A stretch of 64,000 bases of DNA from Zygnema circumcarinatum SAG 698-1b. Taxonomy: Eukaryota > Plantae > Zygnematophyceae. The position numbers and the translations under genes are program-made. The stretch spans positions 1,922,001 to 1,986,000 of the forward strand of contig CM074813.1 in assembly GCA_037447605.1 (NCBI GenBank). Reading direction: 5' to 3'. Below, in pieces: positions 22,477 through 33,650 of this stretch (position 1 is the stretch's first letter; every line of letters begins with the position of its first letter). The notes beneath the pieces are model-generated. The model saw only the letters and a list, made by a program, of their open reading frames with translations, ran no database searches and was not told the DNA's origin.

Positions 22477-23854
22477 CGCATGGCATCATGGCATGCATGC
22501 ATGCATGCATGGGTCATGCCGTCACGTCACACGGAGGATGCCACCCATCATCCTGCCATGACTGTTCGTAGGTCTGCATGACTTGAAGATTGTCTCGCCA
22601 CAAGGATGAGGATGCCATTGTTGGCGCCATTGGATAGTGTCAATAAACCGTGTAGCAATAAGCTCGAGCGTTGAAGGTTGAAGCGCACTTGAGGTGCGTC
22701 ACATGCAGATGTACACGATAGGTTGCAGAGTTGTCATATACGGCCAACGCCTCACCTTATCTCAGCTCAGTCTAGTGACCTGAGTATAGGGTGTTTTTTC
22801 TGGCCTCGGATATATTCGTTCATTCTTTTTACTATTGATCTAGCAGTTCCAAGACTTAATGTTCTATTTACAAAGTGACGGTGGCTCGTTCTCCTCCCAC
22901 TCCCTTCTGTCGGAGCATCACGCCTCTCGAAAGCTCTCTGGATGTTAGCAGTCATCCATGCATGGAAACGTGCCTACCATCTCGCCGACTCACCGCCTGC
23001 GCGAGGAATAACAGCATCACGTCCAGTATGGGTGGGCCTTTCATGGACATACTCGGCATGTTATAGCCTGCTCAGAAAAATGAAAAAAAAAAAAAAAAAA
23101 CCAAAAATAAAAAAAAAAACATTGAGCATAGAGCTCATGCCGCGGACATCGTCTCCTCCCCGACCCCGACCCCTCCGGCCCTCCCCCACTCTCTCTCTCG
23201 CTCTGCCTCCCCCCCTCCCTCCCCGAGCTCCCCCCCCCTCCTCCCCGCCCGCGCCCCCCCACTCCCCCGGCACGCGCAGGTAGTGCCTGCCTGGCACGCG
23301 TCTCTCGGACGCTTTGTCAGAGTCAGCGCTTCCTCCAATGGATGAGCGCCACGCGGCATGCCCACATGGCACCTCCCGGGCCACACAGTTCCTGCACGAT
23401 CGACGACGGCCGCTGCGGTGCTGCCGTTGGATCACACTTGTGAGTGACGTCATTCCCGTCCGTTGACGGCCGGCAGCAACAGCACAGAACCACCACTCCT
23501 GGCCACGTGGCAGCGCGCGACTAAGCTGGTCGTCCGGCAGCGATCCAGCACATGGAACGGCGGTTACGGAGCCACGAACTGGCGCGCATGTGACGTTACC
23601 GGGACCGCTTTCTCCTTTCGCGAGTGTGAATGGCCCGCACAGAGCCATTCACACAGTGTGAGCAAAACATTTAAAGAGCCGACACGTCCGCAGATATTTG
23701 TGTGAGACGCGCCCCTCATTGGCTGGCACCGTCTACCACGTGGCGCTCCCGCCCGGCCCTGCCTGGAAAAAGCGCCCAAAAGCGCCCAAGACGTCCCTCT
23801 ATCCCGCCCGCCTGCCCGCCTGCCTGCTCGCCTGCCTGCCTGCCTGCTCCCACC

Positions 23855-24056
23855 ATGGCCGCTCTGCATGCAGCAGCCTCCTGCGTCGCGCTCGCCTGCA
23901 CGCCCGCTTCTCTGTGCCCGCACCGCTCCTCAAAGCCGTCCGCATCCACCTTGGCGGGATGGCGCAGTGCGGACAAGCAGCGGTACGAGTTTCCCCTCCT
24001 GAATCACGCCACCTGCAGAATTCAGGACCTTCTTGGAATTGCAGCAAGAATGTGGC

Positions 24057-24107
<51 letters not shown>

Positions 24108-26207
24108 TCTCTCTCCCTCTCTCTCTCCCTCGACCTCCCTTTCCCCTTCTCGTTTTTCTCCCCGAGCTCTCTTATTCACCTTCATTTCTTCTCCTTTCTC
24201 CCCTCCCGTCCCGAGGGCTTTCGTGGCTCGCCTCCACTTTTCTCTCTCTCCTTCATCTTCTCCGTCTCCTTCGTTTTGCCCTCTTGGCCTCTTCTCTCTG
24301 TCCCTCTGCCCCGCCCTACATACGTCAGCATTGCATCCTGTCTGCGTCTGCGTGTCTGCTGCACGGAATGCAAAGTGTTGCTACGTGCTGCCTTATCTCA
24401 AATTTCGTTTGGGTCACGGATTACTTATGCTGGAAGACGCATGAATTTGTGGATTTCGAATCTCCGCACTTCATTCAATGCGGAGTGCAATGCTTGTTCC
24501 TCTTTCTCTGCAAAGTGTTTAGCAATACTACAGGAGCCCTTTTTCTCTCTTTCCTTCTCTTCCTCTCTTTTTCTCTCGCCTTTCTTGTTCTCGCCCCCCC
24601 TGCCTGTGCCTGTGCCTGTTCCTCATGGACGCCATTAGCCTCTGATCCCAATGCATGTCTGCCGTAGTTCTGCCTGCCTGTAAAGTCTGTCCATGTGAAA
24701 TTTTTCATGTCCTAGTTTTTTGTGAAGCTGTCTGTGGGTCAGCCTCCGTTCTGTCTTGCAGGACTTAACCAACCAGCGACTGCAGACCGACGAGTTCTGA
24801 TCCCCCCGAATTTCCTCCATTCTATGTGCAGAAAAGTTGGACAATTCAACAGAGGTTCAGCTGGTGGCGGCGTGAGATGCGCGGCGGCGGATGCGCGCGG
24901 GAGCAGGCAGCAGCGCAGCAGTGAATCAGCCGACGAATTTCTTGCACACGATTACTACCGCCTCCTCGGAGTGACTGTCAACACGCCGCCGAGCGAAATC
25001 AGGAAAGCGTATTGGCAGCTGCAGAAGAAGCACCACCCCGACATTGCTGGAGAAGAGGTAAAGTGGATCCTGCAGATCATTGCTTTCTCCGTTGCTCCAT
25101 CCATCTGAGCCGCCTGTTCCTTTGATGAAGGGCTTTCAGGCCATGATCATGGACTGCTGCAGAAAACTTGAAGGCACTAACCGGTTGCCCACGTGGCGGC
25201 GCAGGGCCACGCCACGGCGCTGCTCCTGAACGCGGCGTACGACACGCTGATGGACGCGCGGCGGCGGCGCGAATACGACGCGGCGGGGCCGGGCCTCGCG
25301 GCGGGATTCACGGGCCGCCCGCGCAGCGCCTGGAGGGGCCCCGACTGGCCGCAGGGCATGTTCGTGGATGAGGCCGCATGCGTCGGTGAGCCGCGGGGGC
25401 ATGGCAGGGGCATGGCAGGGGCATGGGGTACTGGGGGGGGCATGGAAGGACATGGGAGGGGGCATGGGGAGGCATTGGGGGGCATGGAGGGTCACGATGG
25501 GTGGGAGGTGCTCGTTCTGTTGTGTTTTATTTCCATGTGTGAAGAACGCCCTTACACTTTTGCACTACTTTTATTTTCCTGCCAGGCTGCCAGGAATGTT
25601 TCTTCCACGCCCCGAACACTTTCACGATCGACCCCGAGACCGCCAAAGCGCGCGTGAAGGTCCAGTGGGGCGATTCCGAGCCGCAGATCAAGGTGGGTTC
25701 CGTTTTATATCTCAAAAGAAACCAAACAGCTGTCTTCTTACTCTAATAGAATTTCTATATTTGCGTTCACGGTAGAGGGGAAACCTTAACGGACTCGATC
25801 TTAGAAGTCCTGGAAAGCTGAGAACAATGTGCAGAAGGGCTTTTAACTTCAAATCTGTGGTGGGTGCGCTCGGTGAGCTGTACATTGCTGTTCTGCAGTA
25901 TGACCAAGATTCAAATTGTCCTGAAATAAATGAACACACACGAAAAAAACCGTATTCTTTTTGCGAATTTTTCGCAGGCTGCGACGGATGCGTGCCCCGT
26001 GAGCTGCATCCACGCCGTGCCGAAGGAGGACATTGCCGCGCTCGAGTTTCTGATGCAGCCGAGGCAGAGGGAGAGCAACGGAGTGTGGGGGGGAGGGTGG
26101 GAGAGGCCCGAGAGGGGGAACATCTTCATCGCGGCGCAGAAGTTCAAGCGGAGGATGGAGGAGCAGCGCGGGGAGGCAGCGCGGGAAGGTGGACCCACAT
26201 CCCAAAG

Positions 26208-26271
<64 letters not shown>

Positions 26272-27258
26272 GGGGGCTAGGGCCTCTTTAGGGACTTGGG
26301 ATCTAGAGACTATGGAGTAACTTTAGGCTTTTTCGAGGTTGAAACTCGAAAAAGTTGTTCTAACTTTATCAAAAATCGTTTGTCGCGATTTGTGTTTTTT
26401 ATAACGGTCCGATTCTATTGTAAGTTTCATCTTTGTTTTGACACTCAAATTTTTCGCTTGTTCCCTCGCCAGCAGCGGCCGGTTCGCAGGAGACCCCGGC
26501 GCAGAGAGCCGCCCGGGAGCAGGCGGATCGCATGAACAACGGAAATCCGTTTTGGCAGCTGTGGAACTGGGGGGCCCCGCAAGGATCGCCGGCCGATCCT
26601 TACTCCGCCGATGAGGGTCAGAAATTCAGAAAGTCTGAGAGGAGCGGAGCCAAGAAGGTCGAGTTTTCATTCCAACGGATATTTGGGCGCGCGGGCACTT
26701 CGGAAATTCTCAAGTATCGAGTGGCAGCCGGCGAAGTCCCGCGGGTGAGTCCCACCCAAGCTAAAGCTCCTATAACTACAGTAACCCTAACATCGACCAA
26801 TCAAGATAAATCTTCTAAACCGGTTTGCTTCTGTCTGCGCTGTGCAGGTGATCGCGTTCGTGCAGGAGTGGGCCTCCCTCTGGCCATCCATGAGCGAGAT
26901 CCCCCTCCCCATGCCCTTCAGGGCGGACCCCCTCCCCGAGGGCGTGCGGCTCACTCTCGTCACGACCTCCTCCGGCGCGCTCACCTCCATCGGGGCGCTG
27001 CTCATCACGGTTCGGAAGGACGGAACGGAAACTGAAACGGACGACTGCGTGTCGGCAGTCGAACTCGCCGCGCTCGGAGGGCCCCCCGAGGGGGGGGAGG
27101 GGGGGGAGCGGTGGACCCTGCGCGTGCAGCGCGAGGGCGCCGCGGACTGCAGAGCGGTCCCGGGGGAGGCCCGCATCGTACGGCACCTCCAGGACGCGCT
27201 CGCGCGCCGCGACCACGCGCGGGGGTATGAGGCGTACCACCTCCCGCGACGCATGTGA
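23855..27258 (+). CDS. DJC76: Chloroplast DnaJ with 4Fe-4S ferredoxin domain (DJC76/CDJ-type) plus C-terminal domain
   Basis: Transit-peptide-like MAALHAAASCVALAC; DYYRLLGV...KKHHPDIAGEE J-domain; FVDEAACVGCQEC and ACPVSCIH Fe-S motifs. Exons ~23855-23982, 24832-25057, 25205-25385, 25586-25692, 25978-26188, 26473-26744, 26848-27258 with GT-AG borders. Confidence 0.85.
26207..26270. repeat. (GTT)n microsatellite in DJC76 intron
   Basis: ~21 GTT units just after the donor at 26189. Confidence 0.95.
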
Positions 27259-27584
27259 GGGAGAGGGAGAGGGAGGGGGAGAGGGAGGGGGAGAGGGAGA
27301 GGGAGGGGGTGAAGGAGAGGGGCTAGATTTGGCAGAGGTAAGGGGGAGCGGGAATGGGGGACGTTCGAAAGTGGGGAGGGGAGGAGAGGTGTACATATAT
27401 ATATATTCTTAGGGGGGCATGGCGCAGTGAGTCACGCATGGCGGCTGGCAAGGGCGAACATCTGCGGCTGCGGCTAAGTGTACATAGTTCCGCCGCGCAG
27501 TTACAAATTCGCATTGTCTATATATATATATAATTGTTGTGCGGAGGGTCCAGCCGTTCTCTGGCGGGGTCAGACCAGCGCTGG

Positions 27585-27618
<34 letters not shown>

Positions 27619-29589
27619 CCTCTTCTATCTCTTAAATCTCGTCTAAACGGCGAACATAACATTTTCAAACGGCGCTGCGAACAACAAACCCACTTGTGGC
27701 TGACGAAGATGAGATGAATTGTCGGTCCGCTGCATCCGTGCCGTTGCCTCGCTCTCATCAGAAAATTTATCAACTTACTAAAATAAATAAATTAAAATGT
27801 TAAGAGTGGGCAAGCGTTGTGGATCCATCCAAACTCGTGGGCACTCACAAGGCGATGCAAAAGATGGGTAGCTATCCAATGAGAGCTCACCACGTCATCA
27901 TCGGACGGTAGTCCACGCTGGCAGGGACAGCGCCTGCCACCACCATCGCGGCCGTACGGTGCTCCCGGATGAACGTTGTCCGTACAGTCAGAGCTCGACC
28001 GACGAGCCACCGCCGGTTCGGTGGTCGCCACGTGGCCTGCCAAGGCCGAGCGCCGCGATCATGGGGAAACATGGCGGTTGCTGATTCGTGGAGCATAAAT
28101 CAAAGGCCAATCGACATCCAGCTTGACAGCCACGTCGGACAGAAAGCTGTGCCACCTCGGCAGGTCGGACCAGCGGATCGCCAACCATTGGACAACCATC
28201 CGATCGCAATGGTTGGCTATCCAATGGTTGGCAAAACCATCGCAATGGATGGTTCATTCGGTCCGACACCAATGGTTGGTCTTGAAAGGTGCCCGTCTTT
28301 TGTGAACACGTGGCACCCGGATGACCGTTGATCTCGCAATCTCCAATTTGAACCGTGTCGCTGAAGTTCCTTCCTTTTGCCTGTGCGTCCAACGGTCACC
28401 TCCGCGACTGCCGGCGGGAGAGTGAGGGAGGGAGGGCGCGCTCTCGTGGGCGGAGGAAGCTGGCGGGCCTCGGCTTCCGTTGGAATGCGGGTGTTTTGTG
28501 AGCTTGGGGCGCCAGCAGAGCAGGTAAGGAGGAACCGTCGACGTGACAAGAAAGTTAATTGATTTGATTTTGACTCCTCGGATAGCAGAGGTTCTTTTGT
28601 TGGCGGGAGAGCTATGAGAGGACTAAAGAGTAAGGAATTTAGGATATTGGGATTTGTTACTATACTTTGTGAGGCTGAGAATACGTAGCTGCTCCGCATA
28701 CGACAGAAATTAGTGGTGGGTTGGAGGTGAATAAGAAGATTTTGGGTTGGGATTACGGTCGCAATTAGGTTAGGATTAGGGCTGTGATTTTAGAATTATG
28801 CCTTCGTTTTCAAATATCGCAATGGTTAGGATTAGGGTCAGTCTGGGCTAAGTGGGAGTCATGATTAGGGTTAGAGTTGAGGTCAAGTCCAGGGTTCAGT
28901 CGGATTAGGGTTACGGTTAGAGCCTATATTAAGGCTAGTGTGGTTAAGATCGAGGCACAGTGTTGGGCCTGGCACTTAAGTGAAGTAAAGACCCTAAAAG
29001 CGACTTATTGTGTATCGGAGTGATGGTCAAGTTGAGAGCGGGCCCAGGCCAGGTGTCAAGGGGATACTGCTGAAGGAGATTTTCTGTAAAGAGTTGGTAT
29101 TTCTCTTCACTGTTTTCTTTCGACGATTGAATTCTTACCTTATTTGCACCGAAGACAACCCTAGCGACTCATAAGCCTCGGAATAATTATTGTTGTTGTT
29201 TCTTGGAATCATTGAGAGAAGTTCTGCATATTTATAAGTGCATGACGATAAAGACTTGGTGGCATCTTTAGACTTCTTCGCCTGGAAATTTCTCATATGC
29301 ACTGCCCTCTTGAATCGTGCAGTACGGCCAAACTCCACTCCAAGCTCCTCTCCGTAGAATAGGTCGAAGGGGAAACACAAGAGGGGTAGAGTGTCAGAAG
29401 GGAGAGAGGAGGGAGGGAGAGTGAGAGAGGCCGGAGAGGCAACAGCTGACCAGCAATTCTGTCGGCAGTGATGTTGAAGTGTTCCATGAGAGGTTCGAAA
29501 CGAGAGTGGAGTAAGGGATATGAGTTGGAAATACTGGGGGGGGAGGTCGGTGGGAGCTTAACAGCAGAGAAGAATAAGGAGAGCACATA

Positions 29590-30934
29590 ATGGCTAGGGC
29601 AGCTGTGAAAAGAGGGGTGCAGAAGAGGAAGTCTGGGCCGTTGATTGGAAGAAGGGGGGAGAGGAGTTCATCGGATGCAAGGAGAGAAGCAGAGGGCCTG
29701 AGCGAAAAGGGGGACATCAAGAGGCGGCAGACTAAAAAAAAGACTACGGGAGAAAGTCTGCGAGGGACTCCCAGGCGGGCGGTGCGTGGAAAGGAAGCGC
29801 GAGAGAGGCCGGGGGGGGAGGAGAAGGAGGGAGAGGCGTGGACGGCAGGAGAGACAGCTGCTCTGCGAAAGGCCTTGGTGGAGTTGGACCCCCTGACCGG
29901 AAACTTCTGGGCAGAAGTGGCTGAGAGAGTAAGACGAACTTTCCCTTTTTCCCTCGCTCTCTCTCTCTCTCCCCCTCTTCCTCCTCTCCCTCTCCCTCTC
30001 GCTCTCCCTCTCCCTCTCCCTCTCCTTCTCCCTCTCCCTTTCTCTCTCTCCCCCTTTTCCTCCTCTCCCTTTCCCTCTCGCTCTTCCTCTCCCTCTCCCT
30101 CTCCCTCTCCCTCTCCNNNNNNNNNNTCCCTCTCCCTCTCCCTCTCCGTCTCCCTCTCCCTCTTTCTCTCTCTCTCCCTCTCCCTCTCGCCCTCTCCCCT
30201 CCCCCCGACTCTCGTCCTGTCCCCATGTAACGAATTGCTTTCAACTTCACCTTTGCCTTCACTCAGGAACTCCTGAGGGTCTGCCAAAGCAGAACCTGAT
30301 TTCTTCAGTGCCCTTTAATGCAAGCACTTGCCTCGACCCGATGCTGAGGCACTGCTCCCCCCCGTCCTCACTCCCGCGGGCAGCCACGTGGCAGGTTCCG
30401 GGGAGGTCCGCCGCCGCGTGCTTCGCTCGGCACCACGCGTCGCACTGCACTCCGCCCCTCCGCGCGCCGCGCTCGCGCGTCACTGCGGGGAGGGCCGGGA
30501 CGACCGCGCCACTGACGGGACGGAAGGGAACGGGAAGTGCAGATGAGCAGCAGAGGAGTAGCATCCTCTGTTTCGCGTCAAAGGAGGGAGCGGCGATGAA
30601 TGAGAGGAGGGAGGGAGAGTCGGCGTTGGAGGTGAGGCGAGCGCGGGAGAGGAGGAGGGTGGAAGAGTATGTGGCGGCGCTTAAAAGGCAGAGGCGGGCG
30701 GTGACGAGGGAGAAAAGGAGGAGGGGGGGGGTGAAGGATGTGCTGAAGGAGACGGCTGCGGGGAATAATGTTTCGGTAGGGAAAGGTGGGGGTGCTTTGG
30801 AGTCAAAGAGGGTGTCGGCGATGGAGGTCCAAAGAGATCAGAGGACGCCTGACGAGGAAGAGGGCGAGGAGGACGAGAGTGATGACGAGGACGAGGATGA
30901 TGACCTTGAAAATGATGAATTGTATGATTTTTGA
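29590..30934 (+). CDS. SANT/Myb-like domain protein (exons 29590-29928, 30395-30934; ~292 aa)
   Basis: WTAGETAALRKALVELDPLTGNFWAEVAER|VPGRSAAACFARH is a SANT-type fold split by a GT-AG phase-0 intron; basic N-terminus, acidic C-tail (EEEGEEDESDDEDEDDD). The 5' end is uncertain (in-frame TAA at 29575). Confidence 0.7.
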
Positions 30935-31711
30935 AAATTCCATAGCTTCAGCTTCAGGCGGAGCGACGTGGTCGAAGGGATGAGGATGGTTAGGCAACGG
31001 CGTTCACGACCCATTTCTTGGCATTTTTATGTCGATTTTTCCATTTTCTTTCGTCTGACTTTGCGCACTCGAGAGGAGGTGTTTTAAAAGTGTACAGAGA
31101 TGTTAGCGTAAGGTATTCTTTCATTTTAGAGCCAATCAATTCGGAGGCTGTTGTCTCTTTTACCATTTCTTGTCAGATGGAGAAATAAAACCGTCGTGCA
31201 AAGTGAGCTCCTTGCTTCCTTCCAACCGCATGTGTCATGATCGGGCGCATATTTGAGCAGCATGGCGGTTAAAAACTCCAACCACATGAGGCATCAAGAG
31301 CAGACATACATGAAGCCCATGACCTGCGCAGGCATGACCTACCATCACGCAATTCAAACAACACATCACAAAAAGATACAAACAGGCGCAAAAAAATCAT
31401 ATCAACCTTCGATTTTTTTTCATCCCACTTATACAAAGAAATGCACCTTTATATATAAGCCCAATATATGAAGTACAAGGACACCAAGAAAGAAGCCGCT
31501 TCCGTCCTCTCCTGTTGGAGCAAAGCTCAGACACGACAGCCAAAGCTGAGCCCCGCCATGGCTGCCGAGCTTTCACTGTCGTGTCTTCCTAAACGTTTAC
31601 CAGTTCTATCCCACCACCCCTTTGAATTAATATACACAGTGTACACCTCACTCCCTTCGCCCCTCTCCGTCTCCCTCCGCCTCCTCTTTTTCTCTCCTCC
31701 CTCTTCCCTCT

Positions 31712-33322
31712 TCAAAGCCGAAGGCTTAGGTCAAGCTCAGGCTCCGCCTCCATGGCTGCCGCGCCCCCCTTTCCGCGCCGAGCCGAAGAGTCCGTCCGCA
31801 GCATCTCCGCCGCCGCCGAGAGGACTTCGGGGGGCGGGCTCCCTCTCTGGAAGCTTCCCGGCCGGCTAATGGGGGCACAGCTGAAAACGGGAGGAGACAC
31901 AACTGTGGGGGCGAAACATCCGAAGCTTGAAGGAGCGGTCTTCCCTGAAGCAGCTGCGGCAGCCATGGCTGCCATCTGCTGAGCTGCCAGCTGCTCCTCT
32001 GCGGAGCAGGCCACAGCCGCAGCTCTGGAAGCTTCCTGGAAGGCGCGCTGGAGCTCAAACATCGCTGCAGCCGTGGTTGCCTGCGAAGAAGACGCGGGGG
32101 AGGCGGAGGGAGGGGAGGGCCCCAACAAGCGGCCGGTTATGGCGGAAGCTCCCTCCAATCCTACCACCATGTGTCGGTTAAATGGCGAAGCGGGAGAGAG
32201 AGGCGAGGTTGGAGACGGCACACAGCTCCCCGGCTGCAGCCATGGCCCCACCTTCAGCACTCCTTTCTCTCTCTCCCCGCCTCCTCTCTCTCCTCCCACA
32301 GCTCCGTGCCCGCCTCCCCCCTGCCGCATCCGGATGGAGCAAAAGCTCGAGATGTCCGAGTCGCTCGCCGTCGTCTCCATGTTCCCGCTGCTCGCCGACA
32401 TCCCCGAAAAGGACCGCTTTCGGGAGTGCGATCTCTGCGATTTCTCTGTGGACTCCGTTGCGTTGACCGCCACATGGAGCCCATGCGTCGCCCTCTCCTG
32501 GTGGTGCGCGAGCAGGCGGTGCGCAACCAGCTCCTGCAGGTTCCCGAAACTCTGCGAGCAGGAGCTGCAGGGATGCCGCGCTCCTCCTCTCTCTCCCGCT
32601 CTCTCCCCTCCAACGGAAGAAGACGTGCGGGACGAGAAGGCCTCCATGGCGTACAGCTCGGCGAGCTCGGAGGTTCCAATGGGTCTTTCAGGAGCGTAGC
32701 CATGGGCGCGGGCGCTCCTCTCCTTCCCCCTGTCTCTCTCTCCTTCTCCGGCTCCCACCTCCGCCCTCCACCTCTGCTCCCTCGGCTCTTCCGCCACAGC
32801 TGCAGCTGAGAGGAAGCTTGACAGTTGTCCTCCCTCTCCCCTTACCATACTTTCCAGCATGGAGTACACTGCGCTCTCCCCTCCTCTCTCTCCTCTCTCT
32901 CCATCTCTCTCCCTTCCTCTCCCACCACCGCTACCCTCCGCTATAGCAGCCTCCAAAAGCATCTGCAACTTGACAGCTGTCAGGGCCTCCTCCGCAGCTC
33001 CCAGCCATGGCGTCGGGGTCGAAGGCGGGGGCGCACCGGCCATGGCGGCAGCAGCAGCCATGATCATCAGCATCTGGGGGGAAGGAGGCGCGTTCCCTGT
33101 GGCACCGCTCAACGGATTTTGAGCAACTGCAGAGATTGGGGGGTTGAGAGAGGAAGGGGGGGAGGGGGGGTCGGCAAGGTTGGCGTTCAGTTGGAGGAGG
33201 GCGGCTGTGAGGGAGGAGGGGGGAGGGGGAGGGAGGGCGAAGGAGGAGTGGGAAGTAGAGGGAGAGGCCGCCACCGCTTGCCAGATGAGAGCTTGCGCGT
33301 AGGCGCGCTCGGAGGCCGCCAT
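31712..33322 (-). CDS. Intronless C2H2 zinc-finger protein with C-terminal EAR repression motif (536 aa; 581 aa if the ATG at 33457 is used)
   Basis: ccgccATGGcg start; HPCSSCSQSFGNLQELVAHRLLAHH (C-x2-C-x12-H-x4-H); ends in EPELDLSLRL* (LxLxL EAR). Confidence 0.8.
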   Translation of the reverse strand: MAASERAYAQALIWQAVAASPSTSHSSFALPPPPPSSLTAALLQLNANLADPPSPPSSLNPPISAVAQNPLSGATGNAPPSPQMLMIMAAAAAMAGAPPPSTPTPWLGAAEEALTAVKLQMLLEAAIAEGSGGGRGRERDGERGERGGESAVYSMLESMVRGEGGQLSSFLSAAAVAEEPREQRWRAEVGAGEGERDRGKERSARAHGYAPERPIGTSELAELYAMEAFSSRTSSSVGGERAGERGGARHPCSSCSQSFGNLQELVAHRLLAHHQERATHGLHVAVNATESTEKSQRSHSRKRSFSGMSASSGNMETTASDSDISSFCSIRMRQGGGGHGAVGGERGGGEREKGVLKVGPWLQPGSCVPSPTSPLSPASPFNRHMVVGLEGASAITGRLLGPSPPSASPASSSQATTAAAMFELQRAFQEASRAAAVACSAEEQLAAQQMAAMAAAAASGKTAPSSFGCFAPTVVSPPVFSCAPISRPGSFQRGSPPPEVLSAAAEMLRTDSSARRGKGGAAAMEAEPELDLSLRL

Positions 33323-33546
33323 GGCGGAAGTGGGAGAGGAGGCGGGGGGAGGGCCGAGGGAAAGGGTGGGAGAGACGGCGCGGAGTCGCTTAGGGGGGTG
33401 GAAGGCGGAGGGCGAGGAGCGGCCCAGGGAGAGCGCGGGGGACGAGGCGTACACCATGAGGGAGGGTGGTCTGCTCTGCTCTCCTCTCTCCCTCTCTCTG
33501 TCTCTTTTTCTCTCTGTTTTTCTCTCTCGCTCTCTCTCTCTCTCGC

Positions 33547-33650
33547 TCCCTCGCTCCCACTATCCCTCCCTCCCTCGCTCCCACTATCCCTCCCTCCCTC
33601 GCTCCCACTATCCCTCCCTCCCTCGCTCCCACTATCCCTCCCTCCCTCGC
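33547..33650. repeat. Perfect 24-bp minisatellite, 4.3 copies
   Basis: TCCCTCGCTCCCACTATCCCTCCC at 33547, 33571, 33595, 33619. Confidence 0.9.

Noticed and set aside
25930-26280. Poly-Cys / poly-Leu tails and poly-Asp/Met ORFs at 41806-42369
   Set aside because: Read-through into intronic (GTT)n and (ATC)n microsatellites.
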